Source of the DNA: Akkermansiaceae bacterium UBA956
GTDB lineage: Bacteria; Verrucomicrobiota; Verrucomicrobiia; Verrucomicrobiales; Akkermansiaceae
Reading direction: 5' to 3'
DNA length: 64,000 nt
NCBI GenBank assembly: GCA_002293145.1
Contig: DBCO01000010.1
Location: forward strand, 217,759-281,758
In this document: piece by piece, positions 29,101 to 36,088 of the stretch
Layout of the letters: every line of letters begins with the position of its first letter
Position numbering within the stretch: position 1 is the stretch's first letter
Notes under the pieces: model-generated
Seen by the model: the letters and a program-made list of their open reading frames with translations, nothing else
What the model was told of the DNA's origin: nothing
Database searches by the model: none
Made by a program: the position numbers and the translations under genes

Positions 29101-29693
29101 ACCAATGTGGCTTTTACGCTTTGGTCGCCTACCCACCAAGCGAGTCGTGCGTCTTTACCATTGCTCTGGCGTAAGGTGGTGACGGGAGCATAGACAAAGT
29201 CTCTAGGATCATCGCCCACGGTGCCATTACCGACGAGTTCAATGCGCTGGTTTTCAGGGAGCGCATTGCTAGCGTAGTTGAGGTCATCGAGATCATCGGA
29301 GAGACCGGACGTCATCCAGCCCAAGAAATTGGGGGCGGGGCGATTGGTATCAGTGGAGAGCCATGAACGATAAACACCCATCCAGTTTTTCTGGCTGGAG
29401 GCCGCAGAGCTCTCTTCGCCGCTGGCTCCCTTAGTCAGTTGATCAGCCTCGGCGGTGATGCGCTGATCGGGGCCAAGGTTTTTCTGGATTTGACCAATGG
29501 CCATCATCAGTGCCATACGGGCATTGGCGCGAGCTTCCTGCTGGGCGAGGCCTTGGCTGGAAGAGCGCAGGGTGACGGATGAAAGGGATAGCACACCGAT
29601 CGCCACCATGGTCAAGAGGACCAATAATGAGATCGTAATGATTAGTGTGAATCCTTTCTTATGCGAAGAGGATTTTGGAAAATGGGTTGTCAT
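26160..29693 (-). CDS. giant (1177 aa) GspK/PilX-like pseudopilin-type protein, cassette A
   Basis: Prepilin-like N-terminus KKG|FTLIITISLLVLLTMVAIGVL without Glu at +5. PilX_N-like helix ARANARMALMMAIGQIQ. GspK-like C-terminus (FNVNSTS; RGPFLSLADFVNRR; RSDSFIIRAYGE...AVVER). A ~750-aa Gly/Ser/Thr/Asn-rich insertion lies between the two ends. Confidence 0.75.
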   Translation of the reverse strand: MTTHFPKSSSHKKGFTLIITISLLVLLTMVAIGVLSLSSVTLRSSSQGLAQQEARANARMALMMAIGQIQKNLGPDQRITAEADQLTKGASGEESSAASSQKNWMGVYRSWLSTDTNRPAPNFLGWMTSGLSDDLDDLNYASNALPENQRIELVGNGTVGDDPRDFVYAPVTTLRQSNGKDARLAWWVGDQSVKATLVSPKFTESSTLGATRQKSQAAPRSAVQLAAIEGGATPFEALRNGDESISKLISWNQSDLISKNSDQSRQLFHDITPSSSGLLTNVRAGGFRKDLSQQLQLVNASATTPANFVTSPLYSINSSGTAVAGKGTGTESYGINLGELGSYYALSEKLTRSGSATFTSGGSLSSGTAHLRTPGPSEGSDQWFYYKQPSIISFQMIFSLQAFPATVNGAQSTVLHLVCDPVVTLWNPYDVPLVIPNSSFMSVKYWQVPYDFWVNNVRYPMVASVESGGDRNYFTLRIGNTGSQIVMKPGEVLKFSQTNGTVARTARDIDAKVGFNFGGGIRTPLRTADGAAGSTLVVTPQSTITFECRPNNLTAGKRNGTGNSLTGVDEHTRHFSMTHHEIYSGFDRTSSGGSLGYGNMGIDYDFGRKRLVIGRTRADTEAPAGDEKKGNRLYANNFPTVFPVISGRTLSGSQLIGSKSPIMIFAFNAKTENSSTLGSSALSRFNPKSFQNDFYDLSARERQTLPFEIQVEPLSSWKNRSIEASTNGQGYFGGGMTAADGSNFVCTHSIPREPIVSLAAFQHSMANGFIQLSPTPSYATINARDCLLPQISHAIGNSLAPPILAPAAISGSLSEGRPIADHSYLANRELWDTWFLSGLANYSTNNNFSSSEKKGMKTMCEEFLKQTSSLPCVRYMPAPNIADPTTLAGRFISGSNARPSPTTIGINSIAAYMRVDGMFNVNSTSVEAWKAQLAALRERTIVTRDANGRESVTAVESGTTAVLGLIAPVNAATETGAGVNSRSPIQWIGQRRLSDDEIGRLAQGIVREVRKRGPFLSLADFVNRRPGSDKKLARSGAIQSALDDSQLGVNGAYNNRKSAASNVFPFPEAEEAPISYGIPGIVKQADILTPIAPILTTRSDSFIIRAYGESVDAAGKVLARAWCEAVVERSANYIDSTNAADVVITNASTLAPLTNTNKAFGRSCQLVSLRWLQADEI

Positions 29694-29729
29694 TAAGAAC
29701 TAGGCTGGGTTCGTGCTGTATAACTAATT

Positions 29730-29785
29730 CATTTACGTAGTGAACACAAGTAAAAAGTGTAACTTGCACATGAACTACGTAAATG
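29730..29785. promoter_or_regulatory. 12-bp perfect inverted repeat (CATTTACGTAGT ... ACTACGTAAATG) upstream of cassette A
   Basis: The arms lie at 29730-29741 and 29774-29785 with a 32-nt spacer. Each arm contains the palindrome TACGTA. The near arm lies 37 nt upstream of the ATG at 29693, inside a ~500-bp ORF-free divergent intergenic region. Confidence 0.5.
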
Positions 29786-30197
29786 CGCAGCTAGAGTGGC
29801 AGATTTTTTGCGGAAAAACGACTGCCTAAATGGGTGATGGGGAAATGATCTGTTGTGTCTGGCGTTAGGGCTTGGGCATTTGTCCCGCCGGACAGTGATT
29901 ATGACGTTTGTTTTTTTATTCGCAAACCCCGAAGATACTTATGTGACTATGAAGGATGGTAGCGAATTGATCGATCTGCTCCCTTAGCAAGGATTGCTCG
30001 ATGCTGCGATCTGAGCAAAGAGGTCAGTGAACATCTGAATCAACGGCTGCATCGAAACAACCTTCGTCCCATGAAAGCTCCCTGAAATGCTCAACCATTA
30101 AGCTGCGCGCCATGCGCTGTTGACGATTCAGCATCAATTCATTTCGTGAAAGCCGCCCTTGATCCTTTGCGTATCAGCAGCTGTGAAGTTGCATCAA

Positions 30198-32960
30198 ATG
30201 GCATGGGGATTGAGCTGGATGGTCATGGCCGTGCAGGCGGAGGATCATTGGGCGTATGTTCCACCGGTCATGCCGGCTTTGGGGGCGGAGGGGCATCCGG
30301 TGGATCAATGGCTTGCTGTGGCACATAAGGAACGCGGCATCGTGCCGGCGGATTTAGCGGCACCGCGTGATTGGGTGGAGCGCGCGGCTTATACTTTGTG
30401 TGGATTACCTGCTACGCCCGAGCAAATTCGCAAAATCGAGGCACAGCCCGACGATGCAACATGGCGCAGCATTATTGATGAAATGCTAGCCTCCCCTGCC
30501 TATGGCGAACGTTGGGCGCGGCATTGGATGGATGTCGCGCGCTATGCCGATACCAGCGGCTACGCCTTCGAGCAGGACAATCGTTTTCCCTTTGCCTACA
30601 CCTATCGCGATTGGTTGGTGCGGGCTTTCAATGAGGACATGCATTATCCCGATTTCATCCGTTGGCAGCTCGCCGGTGATCTAATTACTGATCGGCCCGA
30701 TCACCCGAACCTCGCCGCGCTTGGTTTCATTACCGTCGGTCCGCGCAGTGGTCCTGTCGAAACGATCGATGATCGTGTGGATGTGGTATCGCGTGGATTT
30801 CTTGCCACCACCGTCGCTTGCGCGCGATGCCACAAGCACAAGACCGATCCGATTGTGATGGAAGATTATTACTCGATGTATTCGATTTTCGAAAACCTCG
30901 AAGAGCCGCCCGAAAAACCCGTGATCGGCAAAGCCGCAGATCCCGCTGCTGAAGCAGCCTTTTTGGCCGAAGTCGTCAATTGGGAAAAGCAAGATGAAGC
31001 CGTGCGGCAAGAACTGGTCAACCACATTCGCGCGCCTGAACACCTCGCCGTTTACCTCGCTCTCGCATGGATCGCAAAAAAAGAGCAATGGGATCATCCT
31101 AAGGCCACCAGCGAAGTATTCAAACGTGGCCGCTACCGACCCGATGGCGTATTGCATTGGCGAGACTTTTTGCAAGGCAAAGCCTGGGACGCCAAGAGCT
31201 CACCGCGCCTGTCCGCATGGGCCGCCGCGATGGAGCAGTCCGACGAGGCAAAACGCAACGCACTGTGCCAAGAACTCTCTCAAGAATGGACAAGCGCCGC
31301 CGAGGGCAGCGAACTTGCTCAATTGAAAACCCAGGGCAACTGTCCGCTGAACTACGATGTTCATCGTATTTCCGCATTGTTCGACCGCGAGGATGATGTC
31401 AAGCGCCGCGAACGTCTCAGCGCTCTGAGCCGACTTCAAGCTGACCATGATGGTTCACCGCCGCGCGCCATGGTGATCAAGGACAAAGCACAATGGCAGA
31501 AGGCGCAAATTTTTCTGCGTGGCAATCCGGCGACGCGTGGTGACTTCATTGATCGGCAATGGCTGTCATTTCTGGGCGGCGAAAAATTTCCCGAGGGTAA
31601 AAGCCCACGCCTGTCTCTAGCAGAAAAAATCATCGATCCCGCTAATCCGCTCACAGATCGGGTGATTGTGAATCGCATTTGGGCCTGGCACTTCGGTCAA
31701 GCATTAGTGGAACCTAGCGACTTTGGCTACCAAACACCGCAGCCAGCCTTGCACGCATTGCTCGATGGTCTGGCAATACTTTTCCGCCAACGCGGATCCT
31801 CGATGAAGGAAATGCACCGTCTTCTTCTTAGCTCGCGCGCCTATCGCCTCAAAGCCGATGGTGCGGAGAAAAATCGCAGCATTGATGAAGCGAACGAACT
31901 TTTTTGGAAATGGAATCGTCGCCGTGCTGACTTTGAATCCATGCGTGATCGAGTCCTCGCTACCGCTGGCTCTTTGCAAGCGGACCAACGCGGTGGTCGT
32001 GCGCGCAAACTCGAAGACCCCGCGATGGATGCGCGACGCAGTCTTTATGCTTTCATTGATCGCTACGACATGCCTACGACATTGGTCTCCTTTGATCTAC
32101 CGCATCCCGATCATCACAGCGGCAAACGTGTGGAAACCATCGTGCCACAGCAGGCGCTGTATTTTCTCAACGGACCACTAGTGCAGCGTAAAGCGCAAGG
32201 TCTTTCGCAGAGTGCGGGCTTCCTCGCCTGTGCGGACGATGCCGCACGCGTCAACTGGATTTACCAACAACTATACCAACGCCAACCGAGCGAGTCAGAA
32301 GCGCAGCGCGTGCTGGCTTGGGTTCGTGAGGGCGATGCGGCCAGCTACCAAGCACCGCTCGGTGGGCATTGGGAAATCCGCCATGCTCCAGATCAAGCCG
32401 GCGTTCTCGGAGCAGAGCAGACATTTCCGATGTTCGAAGGCAATACATGGAAAACGGGCGCTGACCTTGCCCATGCACCGATTCCATGGCTCAGTGTCGG
32501 ACCAGGTTTCGGCCACCCCAGCCAAGGTCATGCTCTGATCATTCGTTGGCGTGCTAGCGGTGCGGGTCTGGTGCGCATGCAAGGAGAAATCAGCAAACCA
32601 CAAGATGGTGGCGATGTGCTCGCTTGGGAAGTTTACGCAAAGGATCAGCGCAAGCTCAGCGGCGGCATGCTCGCGCCGAAGCAACATCAAGCGATCAGCA
32701 CCGAGTGGATTCCCGTGCAAGCAGGTGAGGCGATTGATTTTGTGTATCGTGCGCCAAACGGTCAAAACAACGGCGGCACGCATTGGAAAATTCGCGTCAT
32801 CGGCAAAGAGCATGCTGAGGGAGATGAGCGGGAAATTGGCGACTTCGAGAAACAATTTCCCCACAGTTCTGAAGTGCCCGCTGCGCCAGCATCCGTCTCA
32901 CCGTGGGCTGACGTGATCCAAATGCTGTGGGCGGCGAATGAATTTCACTTCATTGATTGA
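30198..32960 (+). CDS. PSCyt2/PSD1 (DUF1549/DUF1553) domain protein with extra C-terminal beta-rich region
   Basis: Signal peptide from the ATG at 30198 (MAWGLSWMVMAVQA). DUF1549-type ERWARHWMDVARYADTSGY. CARCHKHKTDPI motif. DUF1553-type RGNPATRGDF...NRIWAWHFG and FDLPHPDHHSGKRVETIVPQQALYFLN. About 200 additional residues follow. Confidence 0.85.
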   Translation: MAWGLSWMVMAVQAEDHWAYVPPVMPALGAEGHPVDQWLAVAHKERGIVPADLAAPRDWVERAAYTLCGLPATPEQIRKIEAQPDDATWRSIIDEMLASPAYGERWARHWMDVARYADTSGYAFEQDNRFPFAYTYRDWLVRAFNEDMHYPDFIRWQLAGDLITDRPDHPNLAALGFITVGPRSGPVETIDDRVDVVSRGFLATTVACARCHKHKTDPIVMEDYYSMYSIFENLEEPPEKPVIGKAADPAAEAAFLAEVVNWEKQDEAVRQELVNHIRAPEHLAVYLALAWIAKKEQWDHPKATSEVFKRGRYRPDGVLHWRDFLQGKAWDAKSSPRLSAWAAAMEQSDEAKRNALCQELSQEWTSAAEGSELAQLKTQGNCPLNYDVHRISALFDREDDVKRRERLSALSRLQADHDGSPPRAMVIKDKAQWQKAQIFLRGNPATRGDFIDRQWLSFLGGEKFPEGKSPRLSLAEKIIDPANPLTDRVIVNRIWAWHFGQALVEPSDFGYQTPQPALHALLDGLAILFRQRGSSMKEMHRLLLSSRAYRLKADGAEKNRSIDEANELFWKWNRRRADFESMRDRVLATAGSLQADQRGGRARKLEDPAMDARRSLYAFIDRYDMPTTLVSFDLPHPDHHSGKRVETIVPQQALYFLNGPLVQRKAQGLSQSAGFLACADDAARVNWIYQQLYQRQPSESEAQRVLAWVREGDAASYQAPLGGHWEIRHAPDQAGVLGAEQTFPMFEGNTWKTGADLAHAPIPWLSVGPGFGHPSQGHALIIRWRASGAGLVRMQGEISKPQDGGDVLAWEVYAKDQRKLSGGMLAPKQHQAISTEWIPVQAGEAIDFVYRAPNGQNNGGTHWKIRVIGKEHAEGDEREIGDFEKQFPHSSEVPAAPASVSPWADVIQMLWAANEFHFID

Positions 32961-33016
32961 GAGCCAATACGTTAGATTGGCATATTCTGTTCGCGGGCCA
33001 AAAGTTGGAGTGGCTG

Positions 33017-34018
33017 TTACTTCGCGGGCTGTGATTTTTCTTTGTATTCGAATTTTTGAGCCAAGGGTTTCTCGGCGGTGGGAAAATTTTTTGGGATAGG
33101 GCGGGTGACTTTTCCGGTGGCAGCCCACTCGGTGCCGCGCAAGAAGGTCTCGATGAAGCCTACGCCCTCGAAGGCATCGGTATCGTGACCGAGTGTGGTG
33201 TGGAAGACGCGGCCTTTGCCGTATTGAATGACCATGAGGATTGGTTCGTGGCGTCCTACTTTTTGAAGCTCGGGTGTGTCACATGCGGTGGCGAGTACCG
33301 TAAGATTGTCGGCGGGGCCACGCAGATGCGAGTAGCATTCATCTTTCGAGTGCATCCAGAAATCGGGCAGGCCCTTGGTGATGGGGTGCTCTTCGTCACG
33401 GATGGTCACAACAAACTCGTTTTGCGGGCCATGCTTGCCGCAGGGGCCAGGCTGTGGATCGCGCACGACTTCGCCTTTGTCATTGATGTAGACGTAAGGG
33501 CCATCTTTGTCACTGCGATTGCCCCAGCCGCCGAGGCCGATCATTTTGTTAAATTCGGGCCACTCGGGCCAGCTGTTGTTTGCGGCGTGTACCACAACTA
33601 AGGCACCGCCATCGGCCATGTATTTTTCAAAATTCTTGCGTGTCGACTCGGGCCAACCGGCGGCATTCCAGCCGAAATTGCTTACCACGACGGCATACTT
33701 GGAGAAATCAGGACTAAAATCAGGGTCGGCTATAGGATCATTTTTTTCCTCGCCTCTACGCGCGCCAGCACGCGGCAACCATTCTTTTTCTCGGCCTGAA
33801 TTCCACAAAAAACGCACGCGCTCGACGATTACTTCATACTGACCGGTTTCTTCGAGGTATTGCTTCATCATCACCGTGGATTTTGGCCAGACTTGGTGAT
33901 TGTTTTGCCCATCAACGATGAGCGCTTTGATTTTTTCCGCAGCTTCAAGTTGGCCCACGCAGAGCAGCGAGACGGCGACGGGCAAGCAACGAACGATTCG
34001 GGAAATGCATGAGTTCAT
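33017..34018 (-). CDS. secreted ThuA-domain protein
   Basis: Signal peptide from the ATG at 34018 (MNSCISRIVRCLPVAVSLLCVGQLEA). ALIVDGQNNHQVWP, VVVHAANNSWPEWPEF and GRVFHTTLGHD are typical of ThuA-like class-I glutamine-amidotransferase-fold proteins. Confidence 0.85.
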   Translation of the reverse strand: MNSCISRIVRCLPVAVSLLCVGQLEAAEKIKALIVDGQNNHQVWPKSTVMMKQYLEETGQYEVIVERVRFLWNSGREKEWLPRAGARRGEEKNDPIADPDFSPDFSKYAVVVSNFGWNAAGWPESTRKNFEKYMADGGALVVVHAANNSWPEWPEFNKMIGLGGWGNRSDKDGPYVYINDKGEVVRDPQPGPCGKHGPQNEFVVTIRDEEHPITKGLPDFWMHSKDECYSHLRGPADNLTVLATACDTPELQKVGRHEPILMVIQYGKGRVFHTTLGHDTDAFEGVGFIETFLRGTEWAATGKVTRPIPKNFPTAEKPLAQKFEYKEKSQPAK

Positions 34019-34117
34019 AGGAACCACAAATACGTCAAAGCCCCCTAGCATTTATCAAAAAACCGCAGAGAGCGATTGGGGCGGTGGAGAGTATCGATAT
34101 CTTGCCATAAATGGCTC

Positions 34118-35053
34118 TCAGTAGCTGCCCGAGGCTTCGCTGAAATGGTAGGGCGCTTGGTAGTGGCCTGTGGCTTCTTTGGCAAGTTGGCGGACGAGGT
34201 CGTTGAGCAAGGCAGAGGCACCGAAGCGGTAGCGCGCGTTGTTGAGCCAGGCATCGCCGATTGTTTCTTTGACGGCGATGAGAAATTGGATCGCTTGCTT
34301 GGCCGTGCGGATGCCGCCTGCGGGTTTCATGGCAATCTCGACTCCAGTGGCGAGGAAGTGGTCGCGGATGGCTTCAAGCATCACTTGGTTGTTGCCAAGT
34401 GTGGCGTTGGCTGAGGTCTTGCCGGTGCTGGTTTTGATGAAGTCACCGGGGCGCAGCACGCGCATCGCGAGAAATGAGGCCGCGCGGATGTTGTCATAGG
34501 TTTCGAGCTCACTAGTTTCAAAGATGACCTTGAGGGTGGCGTCACCGCAGGCCTCGATGACGGCGGAAATTTCATCTTGCACCAGATCGAGTTCGCCACA
34601 GAGAAAGGCTCCACGATTGATGACCATGTCGATTTCATCGGCACCGTCGGCTACTGCGCTGCGCACTTCAGCGAGTCGTGTTTTCAAGGGAGCTTGCCCT
34701 GAAGGAAAGGCGGTGGCGACCGATGCGATCTTCAATGAGCTGCCTTGAAGTATGCGATGCGCGTGGCGCACCATGGCCGGATAGACGCAAATAGCCGCGG
34801 TCGAGGGCGCCTGGGCTTCATCGCAGGGATGAAGTGCTTTTTGGCAGAGTGAAGCAACTTTTCCCGGGGTATCTTTGCCTTCTAAGGTGGTGAGATCGAC
34901 CATCGTCACAGCGAGACGTAGCGCAAATTTCTTCGCGTTTTTCTTGATGCTGCGGGTGGTGTATTTGGCCACGCGTTCTTCAATGCCAATATGGTCCACG
35001 GGTCCGACTTCGTGAATCAAACGGCGCAGTGCAGGGACGACGGTGGTGGACAT
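34118..35053 (-). CDS. deoC: deoxyribose-phosphate aldolase (long, DERA-like form)
   Basis: MVDLTTLEGKDT, ICVYPAMV, VATAFPSGQ, ADEIDMVINRG, Schiff-base lysine context FIKTSTGK, and KPAGGIRT. The ATG at 35053 (MSTTVVPAL) gives 311 aa. The track over-extends to 35266. Confidence 0.9.
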   Translation of the reverse strand: MSTTVVPALRRLIHEVGPVDHIGIEERVAKYTTRSIKKNAKKFALRLAVTMVDLTTLEGKDTPGKVASLCQKALHPCDEAQAPSTAAICVYPAMVRHAHRILQGSSLKIASVATAFPSGQAPLKTRLAEVRSAVADGADEIDMVINRGAFLCGELDLVQDEISAVIEACGDATLKVIFETSELETYDNIRAASFLAMRVLRPGDFIKTSTGKTSANATLGNNQVMLEAIRDHFLATGVEIAMKPAGGIRTAKQAIQFLIAVKETIGDAWLNNARYRFGASALLNDLVRQLAKEATGHYQAPYHFSEASGSY

Positions 35054-35231
35054 GCAAGCACTATGATCTAGCAAAAGCGGCCTGCCAAGCGAGAAAAAGT
35101 TGATTTTTGATAGCGAAAATGTGGCAAACACGCAGATCGCGCTTGCACAATGGAGGAATGTCGCGGATGTTTTTTGTGCCTTGAAACATGAGCGCACGAT
35201 CCCCTCAAACGATTCTCGCATCCCGTGGTGG

Positions 35232-36074
35232 ATGTGGCCGAACGTATTGAGCTTGGATGCCCCCATAGTCGCAGTGACTTGGCTGTATATTTTTGCGCGT
35301 GAGTGGAACGTGAGCTATGTGGAACCGCTTCTGCCCTGGGTGCTGGCTTTGGTGGTTTGGGTGGTGTATGCGGTAGATCGATTGCTCGATTGCCAGATGA
35401 ATGGCAATGAAGCGGGAAGCTTACGCCATGAGTTCCATCACCAGCATAAGAAAAAGTTTATCATCGCGATCTGTGCTGCTGTTTTGATGATTGCGGTGTT
35501 GTCGCTTTTTGTGCTGCAAATGGCGATCATCATCAATGCGACCTTACCCTTGGCGGCAACTGCTGGTTTTTTCCTGTTGTCGGTTTTCAGCCCCTCGCAG
35601 CAACGCGTCTCGTATTCCAAAAATCTGTTAGCTGGCTATGCCTTCGCTTGGGGCGTGGGAGCTGGTCTGACGGGATTGCTAAACTTGCAACAGCCCTTTG
35701 CTCTCGCGCGGATGTTTTCTCCCGACATGTTAGCCTTCGGGTTGCTTTGTGTGATCAACATCACGGCGGTGGACTTGTGGGTGAAAGGCAGTAATGAATT
35801 GAGTGCGGAGGAAGATGAAATGGCATTGAATCTACCGCTGGTAGTGCTGGGCTTCTTTTGTTTGCTGTTCATGAAGTTCATTTCCGACAATCCCCTCGAT
35901 CCGTTTTTTCTCTGCATCCTCATTGCAACGGCCTTGATGTATGTGATCAATCGCATGCGCGCGCAGTTCTCCAAGAATTTTTTGCGTGTGAGTGTTGATG
36001 TGATTTTGTTGGTCACAGCCGCATTCTACTTCATTCTATCGCTGTTTGATAAAAGCGGGACGCCACATCCGTAA
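35232..36074 (+). CDS. polytopic membrane protein of unknown function
   Basis: About 8 hydrophobic segments. It has one Asp-rich YAVDRLLD motif that is vaguely UbiA-like, which is not enough for an assignment. ATG at 35232 is preferred to the TTG at 35100. Confidence 0.5.
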   Translation: MWPNVLSLDAPIVAVTWLYIFAREWNVSYVEPLLPWVLALVVWVVYAVDRLLDCQMNGNEAGSLRHEFHHQHKKKFIIAICAAVLMIAVLSLFVLQMAIIINATLPLAATAGFFLLSVFSPSQQRVSYSKNLLAGYAFAWGVGAGLTGLLNLQQPFALARMFSPDMLAFGLLCVINITAVDLWVKGSNELSAEEDEMALNLPLVVLGFFCLLFMKFISDNPLDPFFLCILIATALMYVINRMRAQFSKNFLRVSVDVILLVTAAFYFILSLFDKSGTPHP

Positions 36075-36088
36075 AAGTCAGCTTACTC

